NCBI RefSeq assembly: GCF_030684315.1 | Contig: NC_081379.1 | Coordinates: 30,147,947 to 30,211,946 of the forward strand | Direction of reading: 5' to 3' | Length of the DNA: 64,000 nucleotides | Source of the DNA: Stegostoma tigrinum | Taxonomy: Eukaryota | In this document: positions 38,216-46,090 of the stretch, in pieces | Numbering within the stretch: position 1 is the first letter of the stretch | How the letters are laid out: the number at the start of each line of letters is the position of its first letter | The notes under the pieces: model-generated | Databases searched by the model: none | Told to the model about the DNA's origin: nothing | The model's input: only the letters and a program-made list of their open reading frames with translations | Made by a program: the position numbers and the translations under genes

Positions 38216-41200
38216 ACGAGTTTTTTTCGGCACGTGTCAGGAATCCCTCCTGCACACACTGATCCACCGCTAAGAGTTGTACGAGTTTTTTTCAGCACGT
38301 GTCAGGAATCCCTCCTGCACACACTGGACAAAAACTGACCCATCTATAGTACTCGAACTGTAGTGCTCCCAGTCAATATTTGGAAAGTTGAAGTCCCCCA
38401 TGACAACTACCCTGTCTCTCTCACTCCTATCGAGAATCATCTTTGCTATCCTTTCTTCTACATATCTGGAACTATTCGGAAGCCTATAGAAAACTCCCAA
38501 TAGGGTGACCTCTCCTTTCCTGTTTCTAACCTCAGCCCATACTACCTCAGTTGACGAGTCCCCAAACATCCTTTCTGCAACTGTAATACTGTCCTTGACC
38601 AACAATGCCACACCTCCCCCTCTTTTACCATCTTCTCTCTTCTTACTAAAACATCTAAATCCCGGAATCTGCAACAACCATTCCTGTCCCTGCTCTATCC
38701 GTGTCTCCGAAATGGCCACAACATCGAAGTCCCAGGTACCAACCCATGCTGCTCGTTCACCCACCTTATTTCGGATGCTCCTGGCGTTGAAGTAGACACA
38801 CTTCAAACCAACTTCTTGCTTGCCGGTGCCATCTTGCGTCCCTGAAACTTTATTTCGGACCTCCCTACTCTCAACCTTTTCTATACTCGAACTACAATTT
38901 TGGTTCCCATCCCCCTGCTGAATTAGTTTAAACCCACCCAAATAGCCTTAGCGAATTTCCCCCCCAGGATATCGGTACCCCTCTGATTCAGGTGAAGACC
39001 ATCCTGCTTGTAGAGGTCCCACCTACCCCAGAAAGAGCCCCAATTATCCAAGAATCCAAAACCCTCCCTCCTGCACCATCCCTGTAGCCACACGTTCAAC
39101 TCCTCTCTCTCCCTATTCCTCGCCTCACTAGCACATGGCACGGGTTTCTGTGCTGTAAATTCTTTATAGCTATTTATATGAAGAATACTTCTCAATTTAC
39201 AGGATTCCACTTCGAGAACACTACAGTTTGAAGCAGAACATTTTGTATTCAGTCTATTCCTGTTCTGCTTTTTTTTATTCTCCTGTTCAGACATTTCATA
39301 TTTGGGACCTATGCCACTGTAATGGCAACAGCAAACTTCTTTGATCCACCTGTATGACTACAAAGGACTGTGACCTTTTTTGGTTTGCATTCCTCCTAAT
39401 TTAGAACAAAAAGTAAGAACATTTAGAAAAGTGGTATTTATAATTTTTGAGGCGCATCAGCTTACCTTGCTGGGTGATAGGATTTACTGAAATGAGGATA
39501 TGGGCACAAAATTAGACACAGTTTGAGGTTCTGTTTGATTTATTTCACTGTTAATTCATAGGATATTGACTTTAAAACCTTAATGCACCATGATTATGCA
39601 TTTTAATTTTCAGGTTCTTATTGATTTCATGTCATCGAGCATAATGCCTTTTCCTTCTGGTTAAAAATAATGTTCTTTAACAGAAAATGTAAGATTTAAT
39701 TATGACCATTTGTTAAATGAGGGAAATAATATGAGGTTATTGACTTGCTCGCTGAGTTGGCTTGTTCTTGTTTAGACGTTTTGTCACCATGCTATCTTCA
39801 GTGGACCCTCCGAGGAAGCAATGTTATTCTTGAAATCCACTTGAAATTTACACTGTCTGGTCCGTTGTGGTCAGTAGCGTCATTTCTGGTTTTGATCTGT
39901 ACAGGTTTGTATATGGGATCCAATTCTATATTTTCCCTACAGACGGTTAGCATACTAGCCATCAGAATATAAAAATATCAACTAGCAGCAAAACAGTATG
40001 AGGAGCGGTCCTTAATATCGGTACACTCAGACAATGAAGGCCATCAGTTTATCTGGGACAAGGTAACTATAGTAGCCCAAGCCAAACATTGACACACACG
40101 GGAATTCCTAGAGGCATGGTTCTCCACCTGTGATGCAGTCAACAAACATATGGAATTGGACCCCATATACAAACCCATACAGATCAAAACTGGAAATGTC
40201 AGTACTCACCATAACGGACCAGACAGTATAAATTCCAAGCGGAATAGAGTAACATCGGTTCACCTGAGGCTCCAATGATGATGTCACCTAGCATGGTGAC
40301 AAAACATCTGAACAAGAACAAGCCAGCTTGGCCAGCAAGTCAACAACTTCACCCACAGTTGGAACTACAGATCTTTGCCAAAACTTTAAAGGAAATAATA
40401 TTTCAAGCAAATAGTAGGGACTTCTAACTGCTTTTACAGAGTGCAGTACTAAAAGGAATAAACTCTATTCCAACAGGAGAGAACGTTTGCAGAACCAAAT
40501 ATACTGTTTACAAACTTTGCTGTTTCTTTGCTGGCTAAGCATGCTGCCAATTCTTTCCTTTCCTGGATCTTAAATTTAGTACTCTGCTTCCATCATTCTC
40601 CAATTCTTTGACTGACAGACATTAATCACAAATAACCTAATTATTACATCTTGGTTTTATCTGCCCCTCTTGGCACCTACCCAATCTAATTTGAAAAAAA
40701 AGCAAACATTTTTATTTAATGTTTTAAAATGTTGCAAAGCTCTCTATAGCCAATGAAATACTTGTGAAGTGTGGTTATTGCTGCAGTGTAGGAATTGTGC
40801 TGAAAATCTTCAAGTTTCAGTTTCCATTCGGAAGGCTTTTGCTTGCTTGTAGCTTTTATAACATATTCAATATTAAGTGTTCATGTTTTCACTTTTCCGG
40901 TTAATTAATTAGTTTGTATTTGTCAGGTATAATAACTTTAAGAACGACCCTCTTTCTGAATGTGTGCAATGCAATCCTAAATACAACGGTGAGAATACAA
41001 TTTCTGCTAGATCTGATCTAAATCCAGCCAATGGAACTTACCCATTTTCAGCATTAGGACAGCGTTCATATGGTGGTACAGACATGAAGGTGAGATTTTT
41101 TTTAGTTACATTGTCCAGCACAAAGTATTATGTGGGAACAGCATCTGAATGGGAGATCCTTTAAAACTTTGGATGTGACTTTTCATAGGAACAGCAGAAA

Positions 41201-42417
41201 TTCTAATAATGGGATCCATGTGAAACATTTTGGCTCTTTTTATTCAAACGCTTTACTGCCGTATCATGCAATTCCAATAGAGTACATTATTTCAGTTTTT
41301 CTTTGCTGTACTGCTACACAAAAAAAAATTAATTCAGACCAAAAGTAGTTTTGGTAATTTGGTAATTTTTCACTTCCCTATTCCTCTCTCCTCCACCACC
41401 CCTCCCGCCCAAAACAAAACACGCACTAGATAGAATGTCCAAAACAAACCACGCACTAGATGGAATGCTTTAACTTGCAATTTGCTGGGATCTGATATCT
41501 TGCACAATTGCTGGACAACACAATGAAACTTAGAGAAGGCATCTTAATTTTAACTTCTTTCCTAAAATGGATGTTTGAATAATTTACAAGGAACATCTTA
41601 AGATTAACATTTCAACAATTAACTAAACAGTGAAGGAAATGAGGAACTAACTGGTCAGTAATTATATTGTTACCTCTTCCTTTAATTATGTCACATTTAC
41701 CAGCATGTTTGACCATCACCCATTGAAAAACAGCACAAACATAACTCACTTTGTAGCATACTGAGTCAAGAAGTTCTGAATTTGAATTACACATGATCTG
41801 AGTGTAGAATTAAGTCTGATATTCTAATGCCACACTGAAATATGGTTGCATTTCTTATCTGTGGTACCATTTATTTGTCCAGGAAGGCATTAAAGATACT
41901 ATGCATTATCTAAAATTCAATGGCACAGTCTGGTGCATTGTAGTGAGATTCTATCTTTAGCATTCTTCTTTTGACAAACTTGATAGATTTAACTGATTGT
42001 CATGTCATTACATTTGATTATTGAATACCTACTGACAGTTGCACACCAAAAGTATTCAATTGTCTGAAACACAACTTTGATTTACTTAATAGTGCTTATA
42101 TTCCACAAACATACTCTCTTTTCTTTTAGATATAATCAAACCATTTCTAATTGGCAACACCTATCTTCGGGTCCACTATGGTAACCGGGATGGCTTTCTA
42201 AAGCTAGCATTAACTGATTTGATGATCTGTGACTTGTGTTAATACCTAGGTTACTTCATTTGAGTTACACAAGGACTACCAGATGATTGCAGTGAGTGGT
42301 CCAACATGGGATCAAGTTCCAGCATTTCAGTGGAGCAAATCCCCTTTCAGCAAGCTTATGCACAAGGGACAGCCCGATCTGTGGAAGTTTCTACCAGTAA
42401 TGGTGCACTGGAACTGA
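6275..42417 (+). CDS. PLBD2: Phospholipase B domain-containing 2 (lysosomal Ntn-hydrolase), complete 12-exon gene, 565 aa
   Basis: join(6275-6498,13346-13439,17073-17228,21247-21347,22707-22921,25053-25147,26940-27100,29174-29269,29534-29605,34697-34849,40927-41089,42250-42417) = 1698 nt, open, all GT-AG, phases consistent. Signal peptide and the motifs GSGSCSALIK, SSYPG..S.DDFY, FNSGTYNNQW, ISARSDLNP, GPTWDQVP match vertebrate PLBD2. Confidence 0.97.
6624..6695. repeat. 31-bp tandem repeat, about 2.3 copies
   Basis: gggaggggt(t/c)agagacaccccatcccacaga twice plus a partial copy. Confidence 0.85.
6992..7341 (+). mobile_element. HE1-type V-SINE (tRNA-derived)
   Basis: tRNA-like head with B box gggtttgattcc, V-domain tgtgtggagtttgcacattctccc...gggtttcc, CR1-like tail. 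Confidence 0.8.
7732..8069 (-). mobile_element. Penelope-like element 3' fragment carrying an intact minimal hammerhead motif
   Basis: 16-bp TSD TCTCTAAACAATAATA (7716-7731, 8070-8085); sequence matches the 3' region of the GIY-YIG element at 44735-45668. Confidence 0.85.
7790..7821 (-). ncRNA. Minimal type I hammerhead ribozyme motif (Penelope type)
   Basis: Minus strand CT-CTGATGA-A-GGGT-CTAG-GCCC-GAAAC-GTC-AG: CUGANGA and GAAA cores, stem II, palindromic ACGU stem III, GUC cleavage triplet. Confidence 0.7.
8410..8559. mobile_element. Palindromic Penelope-like mini-element, centre deleted
   Basis: 14-bp TSD CACTAATATTTCAC (8396-8409, 8560-8573); inverted arms plus a 3' extension of about 30 nt. 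Confidence 0.85.
9010..9483 (-). mobile_element. Rex1/Babar-type LINE 3' fragment
   Basis: Minus strand reads NFYR*TIESILSGCIIVWY, the C-terminal motif typical of Rex-Babar ORF2. Confidence 0.7.
11450..12327 (-). mobile_element. Internally deleted LINE (CR1-group, second family): SINE-homologous 5' region, endonuclease remnant, 3' tail
   Basis: 5' part matches the SINE at 30176-30530; decayed QQWLGSTTADKADQVIKNKAAR...RKPTR endonuclease segment; tail matches 31980-32085. Confidence 0.65.
12380..13166 (-). mobile_element. CR1 LINE 3' fragment
   Basis: ORF 12792-13049 (YRTSVRPLLEYCLQFWPPYYRKD..ERVQKRF) and CR1 3' UTR. Confidence 0.85.
13346..13439 (+). CDS. PLBD2: PLBD2 exon 2
   Basis: WSYLELTTNGSYKDNLQAYAAGVLEASVTHQ; tgtag| and |gtaaat. 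Confidence 0.95.
13655..14945 (+). mobile_element. Cluster of decayed CR1 fragments
   Basis: KLANNIK...FKYIKRKK-like ORF2 remnant and two CR1 3' UTR copies (about 14395-14570 and 14640-14945). Confidence 0.65.
13720..13851. mobile_element. Penelope-like mini-element inserted in the CR1 remnant
   Basis: TSD AGG(A/T)GATAAGCTGA (13706-13719, 13852-13865); hammerhead-like ctaaagaagggtctagacctgaaacgtc. Confidence 0.8.
15905..16482 (+). mobile_element. Decayed CR1-group LINE (second family) 3' fragment
   Basis: PHKCQAMIISSKRESNHPLT remnant; tail similar to 31280-32085. Confidence 0.65.
17073..17228 (+). CDS. PLBD2: PLBD2 exon 3
   Basis: YIYMHWTNTLSHYCGP...YWHQ; ttcaag| and |gtaaga. Confidence 0.95.
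17936..19396 (-). mobile_element. CR1 LINE 3' part interrupted by a Penelope fragment
   Basis: GSVLGPLLFVTYINDLDE...FVDDTKIG RT motif (ORF 19242-19655) and CR1 C-terminus (ORF 17975-18265). Confidence 0.85.
18454..18911 (-). mobile_element. Penelope-like 3' fragment nested in CR1
   Basis: Imperfect TSD cagaact(ac/gt)ac (18443-18453, 18912-18922); degenerate hammerhead ctgaggaagggtcaccaaacccaaaacgtt on minus. Confidence 0.7.
20417..20499. mobile_element. Tiny palindromic end of the second (Poseidon-like) Penelope family
   Basis: gaggttgttgacttcctcacc...ggtgagcaagtcaataacctc; matches 40330-40387; imperfect flanking duplication cattttg(ac/ga)cctat. Confidence 0.65.
21247..21347 (+). CDS. PLBD2: PLBD2 exon 4
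   Basis: VNLVLLQLRGLEDSYNNHISFPNGKFNFRPFGF; |gtaagt. Confidence 0.95.
21861..22003. mobile_element. Palindromic Penelope-like mini-element, centre deleted
   Basis: Exact 14-bp TSD TCCCTTCTGTTTAT (21847-21860, 22004-22017). Confidence 0.85.
22707..22921 (+). CDS. PLBD2: PLBD2 exon 5 (contains the autocleavage site and nucleophile Cys)
   Basis: LLQMAGDLEDLE...GSGS-CSALIKLLPG...AHDTW; Cys codon at 22792-22794. Confidence 0.96.
23465..23671. mobile_element. Palindromic Penelope-like mini-element
   Basis: Inverted arms of about 80 bp; decayed TSD gtataagtggca / gtgtaaatggta (23453-23464, 23672-23683). Confidence 0.8.
25053..25147 (+). CDS. PLBD2: PLBD2 exon 6
   Basis: GVAIPGEEQAFSSYPGTLFSADDFYIMSSRL. 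Confidence 0.95.
26940..27100 (+). CDS. PLBD2: PLBD2 exon 7
   Basis: VALETTLSNNN...EWLRNIVANRLA...FNSGT. Confidence 0.96.
29174..29269 (+). CDS. PLBD2: PLBD2 exon 8
   Basis: YNNQWMIVDY...LTILEQIP. Confidence 0.96.
29534..29605 (+). CDS. PLBD2: PLBD2 exon 9
   Basis: GQIITADKTNELMQKGYWASYNVP. Confidence 0.96.
30176..30530 (+). mobile_element. tRNA-derived SINE (non-HE1 family)
   Basis: A-box-like tgacttagtgtgg, B box gggtttgaatcc, tail shared with the LINE at 31280-32085. A shorter inverted copy lies at about 31088-31275. Confidence 0.75.
30535..32085. mobile_element. CR1-group LINE (second family) fragments in both orientations
   Basis: Minus 30535-30950: WKIAQVCP...NYCPISLLSLVSKVME. Plus 31280-32085: IYKAQVRSVMEHSPLA region and 3' tail. 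Confidence 0.75.
32435..32637. mobile_element. Palindromic Penelope-like mini-element (related subfamily)
   Basis: TSD TGGAGTAGTG (32425-32434, 32643-32652; 13/15 when extended); inverted arms with gacccgaaacgtc motifs. Confidence 0.8.
32711..33834 (-). mobile_element. pogo/Tc2-like DNA transposon remnant
   Basis: TIRs ctgtatatactcgtgcaaaagtc and gacttttactcaaatatatacag. From 33463 on minus: MPRRKNKKYAAAFKLEVTEVAEK (Brinker-type DBD-like), then SEWVLENRQIGICVS..IR (CENP-B-type HTH). No DDE domain visible. Confidence 0.75.
34697..34849 (+). CDS. PLBD2: PLBD2 exon 10
   Basis: YFEEIFNASG...GDWFSYDKTPRALIFRRNQTLVTDMNSMIKLMR. Confidence 0.96.
36183..38150 (-). pseudogene. CR1 ORF2 reverse transcriptase portion (655 aa open), separated from the endonuclease part by an insertion and frameshifted at the C-terminus
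   Basis: KSPGPDG, NYRPVSLTS, QHGF, DFSKAFD, QGSVLGPLLF, FADDT motifs. Confidence 0.9.
38185..38233 (-). pseudogene. Captured pre-rRNA fragment: ITS1 3' end plus first 30 nt of 5.8S rRNA (partial second copy at 38260-38298)
   Basis: Minus strand gtgccgaaaaaaactcgta-CAACTCTTAGCGGTGGATCACTCGGCTCGT matches the vertebrate 5.8S 5' end. Confidence 0.85.
39733..40387 (+). mobile_element. Poseidon-like Penelope 3' fragment with inverted 5' copy of its terminal repeat
   Basis: TSD GGAAATAATAT (39722-39732, 40391-40401); GIY-YIG C-terminal remnant (REFLEAWFS); 39733-39930 is an inverted copy of about 40145-40350; degenerate hammerhead motif in each arm. Confidence 0.8.
40715..40805 (-). mobile_element. 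Ancient Deu-type SINE fragment (tentative)
   Basis: Minus strand cacacttcacaagtatttcattggctatagagagctttg resembles the 3' part of SacSINE1/AmnSINE1-type elements as I remember them. Confidence 0.4.
40927..41089 (+). CDS. PLBD2: PLBD2 exon 11
   Basis: YNNFKNDPLSECVQCNPKYNGENTISARSDLNPANGTYPF...GGTDMK. Confidence 0.96.
41409..41467. repeat. 30-bp tandem duplication
   Basis: ccaaaacaaa(a/c)cacgcactagat(a/g)gaatg twice. Confidence 0.8.
42250..42417 (+). CDS. PLBD2: PLBD2 exon 12 (stop at 42415-42417)
   Basis: VTSFELHKDYQMIAVSGPTWDQVPAFQWSKSPF...GQPDLWKFLPVMVHWN*. Confidence 0.96.
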   Translation, partial: VTSFELHKDYQMIAVSGPTWDQVPAFQWSKSPFSKLMHKGQPDLWKFLPVMVHWN

Positions 42418-42980
42418 AAACCTAAGAACATTACCAGATTAAAAGAAAAGTATTCTAAATCGGATTAAGCCATTTATGTTTATCATCTGCTTCACTTTAA
42501 ATATTCTTGTTAACTTTATGAAGTTGATTTTTGAATGAGAGTAATTGTAAATGTCTGATCACCATTTATGGTGTAAATTTTGTGAAATAATCACTAAGTC
42601 TTGCCAAAGTTTCATTTTGAATGCATTCTTGCATGAGCATTGTTGTGCACTTCACGAAGTTTGAAGTACCTGGTGTTCCACTTTAATATGAAAGAAGCAA
42701 AACAATGTACAAATTAAAGCTTAAGGCAGGGTTTCACAGCCAAGGTATTTTTAAAGCTGGTAATCTGCTGAGTAAGAGGTTTTTTTGAAGACTATAGACT
42801 TTGATAACTTAATGAATGAGAGAAAATTCCACTCCCAGAAGGACTATTACTTTTCACCCAGAGTAACCTCATGGACCTGTAGTTGTGTTTCTGATAGACC
42901 ATAACTAGTCATGCAGGCTTAATGCAGGCCAAGCTGCCAAAATCACCATGTCATTGTTCCTTTGTTGAGTAGTCAAACCA

Positions 42981-42986
42981 AATAAA
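42981..42986 (+). terminator. Candidate PLBD2 polyadenylation signal
   Basis: First canonical AATAAA I found after the stop, about 560 nt downstream. Confidence 0.4.
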
Positions 42987-43861
42987 AATCCAGTTTAAAG
43001 TCAGTTGTTAAAGTACCGTGACATTGGAGACGTGTTGCACCTTCCTGTGACTTGTCCACCCATATGATTGATTAGTTGTCTGCTGGTTGTGTACCCAACA
43101 AAAACTTTGCAACTGCAACCAAATTGCTGTTAACCTAATTGGAACATTACTTAAACTTCAGCTTTTTTAAACTGTTTCTTAAATTCTATATAACTGGTGC
43201 TAATACATAAATTTGTTCATTACTTTTGAATACAAAGTTGCTGATTTATTCTTGAGTACAAAGCATGTTACGATGTTTAAAGTCAGTGAAATTGGATTTG
43301 TGCATCAAAACTGAGTGACCTGATTTGACATGAGAAAATATTAATATGTCTTTGCCAGGCCCTTCCCTTGAGCAAGTCTGTACCTTGCAAATGGTCTCCA
43401 AGTTATCTATCAATTTGGGTGGAGTCTACGAATTACTCTGCAAATCACACGGAGAAATGATGTAAACCTTAAGCTTTCTCAAGAGCAAGAGGTTGCAATT
43501 AGAGCGTGTTTATCTCATACACCCAGTTCTCATTATAACTCTGGACATGGGAATTTAACTTGGAGCTCCACACAGAAATATATTTGTACCATGTATCCAG
43601 TATAATCCTATGTTACACACTTGTATTATTCCTTCACTGGTACTGCTCAACCACATGTGGAATTTCAACATTTGGTCATCTAGCAATTGCCAATATGAAT
43701 CAAAAAGCAAAATGCTGCTGTTGCTGGAAAGCTGAAACAAAAACAAAACATGCTAGGAAATAGTCAGTTAATCAGGCAGAATTTGTGGAGAGAGAAAGTA
43801 TTAACATTTCAGGCTGATTAACTTTTCGCCATTCTGATGAAAGGTTGAGATATAATGATTT

Positions 43862-46090
43862 GTGTCTTAAGGTTCTTGCAAAGATTTGTAGCTCAGGTTG
43901 TGGATGAAGTTGTTAACTGGTTATCATATAGAAGTATCATCACAATGCTAGGTAACAGTGCAGCCTCCAATGAAGCAATGTTGTTCTACTTTGCTTGGTA
44001 TTTATATGATCTGGTCTATCGAGTTATGTTGTGTCGTTTCCGGTTCTGTTCTGCATGGATTTGTATATAGGGTCTAATTCTACATGTTTGTTGATTGCAT
44101 TAGGGGTTGAAAGCCAGGCCTCGAGAAATTCTGTGGTTGGCATGAGCTAAGATGGTCGTGTTGCCCTAGTTAAATTGATGGTCTTCATTATCCAAGTTAA
44201 CTGAAAGGATGGAAGTTGTGTCATTTTTGCTGCTAGCTGGTGTTCATGTATCCTTCTGATAGTGTTTGTTGCAGTCATTGCAAGGTATTTTGTAAACAAC
44301 ATTGTTACTGCATGTCATTGGTTTTGGGTCTTTGTTCCTTGTGTGTGTTGGTCATAGCGTGTCTGTGGGTTCGTGTGCTACCATGATTCCTAGTGGTTGT
44401 AGGAGTCACGTCAGTTCTGATATGTTCTTGATACAGGGTGGTGTGGCCAGTGCATTGGGCCATACAGTGTCCTTTTGGCATTGTTTATCGAGTAGGCACC
44501 TGCGGATGTAGTTATTGGGATATCTGTCATTAGCACGTACCTTATATAGGTGCTCTTTCTCCATCCTGTGTAGTTCTGGCATGTTGCAGTGAGTGTGGCC
44601 TGTTTGAATAGTATCCTAACACAGCTTTGTTTGTGGATGTTGGGGTGATTGCTGTGGAAATTGAGGATTTGTTCAGTGTGGGTTGCCTTCCTACAGACTG
44701 TAGCTTGGAACTCCCCGTGGGTCATGCGTTCTACCCAACAAAAACAAACATATCACCCTACCAACCTCTGCATCCAGCATATCACTCTCTGCTACTTCTG
44801 CCATCTAGAATCTGACCCAACAGCCAAAGAGATATTTCTCTCCCCACCCCTACCTGCCTTTCGTAGGGACTTCTCTCTCCGTGACTCCCTCATCTGCTCC
44901 ACACTCCCCACAAACCCCATCACACCCGGAACCTTTCCTTGCAATTGCGGGAAGTGCTACACCTGCCCCTATACCTCCCCCTCACCTCCATTCAAGGCAC
45001 AATACAAACTTTCCATATTAGACAGGGTTCAACTGCACATCTGTCAACTTGGTCTACTGTATCTGCTGCTCCCGATGTGGCCTCCTCTACATTGGTGAGA
45101 CAAAGCGTAGACTTGAAGACCGTTCCGTGGAGCATGTCTGCTCTGTTTGCGACAACCAACACCTTCTGGTCGCCAACTATTTTAACCCCCCTCCCACTCC
45201 CTGAGTAACATGTCCATCTTGGGCCTTCTCCAGTGTCACAATAACACGAGGAGCAACACTTCATATTCCGCCTCAGGAGACTACAGCCTGATCACAAAAA
45301 CATGGAATTCACCAGTTTTTGAAATCTCCCCACCCCCGGCCTCATCTCATCCCAAACCCTCCCTCTCATCCCCGTCTCCTTGACCTGTCACAACTGGTCC
45401 ATCTTCTCTCCCACCTATCTGCCCCATCCATCCCACTGACCAATCCCCATCATTTGTTACCTGCACTCACCTACCACCATCCACCCCCCTTCCCCAGCCC
45501 TCCTCTCTATTTACTTCTGTGCTCTCTTCCCCCTCCCTGTTTCTGACAAAGGATCCTGATCTGAATTGTCAACTTGCCTGCTCGTCTGATGCTGCCTGGC
45601 CTGCTGTGTTCCTCCAGCTCTACACTATGTTGTCTCTGACTCCAGCATCTGCAGCTCTTGCTATCTCTGAGTTGATTTTTCTGTTCCTCATCTCTCATAA
45701 ATCTGATCCCAGTGAAAATGTTGATGATGAGTTGGTGTGTCTCTTCTAAATTGGTGCCTTTAATGATGACAAATGTGTCGTCCACATATCGGATCCACAG
45801 TTTTGGCTGTATGAGGGGGAAGAGTAGAGTGTTCCAGTCTTTGCTTGACTGCTGCTGCAATATGCCCCAAGATTGGTGACCTTATAGGTGTGCCATTGAT
45901 TTGTATATTTGGCCATTAAAGATGAAGTGTGTAGTGAGACATAGGTCCAGTAGTCTAGTACGTCGTCCTTGCTGATGGAGCTGTTTGGAGTCGGCGCTTC
46001 TGCTGCATCCAGTAATGTGGCAAGTGTTTCTATGTCAATGGATGAGAATAGTGCTGTGACGTCAAAAGAGACCATAATCTTATCGTTTTT
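43862..46090 (-). mobile_element. Poseidon-like Penelope retroelement (RT and GIY-YIG remnants), split by a second Penelope
   Basis: MVSFDVTALF and WIRYVDDTF (45669-46090); VERMTHGEF..RKATHT..LNFHSNHP and NVVYKIPCNDCNKHY (43862-44734). Confidence 0.88.
44735..45668 (+). mobile_element. Neptune-like Penelope retroelement 3' part
   Basis: TYHP...AFRRDFSLRDSL...GTFPCNCGKCYTC linker and NLVYCICCSRCGLLYIGETKRRL GIY-YIG; terminal repeat 45540-45668 is the mini-element family sequence. Confidence 0.88.

Larger units (their letters stand above)
35854..39143 (-). mobile_element. Young 5'-truncated CR1 LINE (ORF1 C-terminus and nearly whole ORF2)
   Basis: ORF1 SGNH-esterase DGLHLN; endonuclease ORF 38270-38941 (GDFN); RT ORF 36183-38150 (QGSVLGP, FADD); (TTCTATG)n tail; GTTTC TSD at 35849-35853 and 39144-39148 inside an older CR1 3' UTR. 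Confidence 0.95.

Noticed and set aside
38185-38298. Functional 5.8S rRNA gene or rDNA unit
   Set aside because: Only 30 nt of 5.8S, no 18S or 28S nearby, embedded in a LINE.
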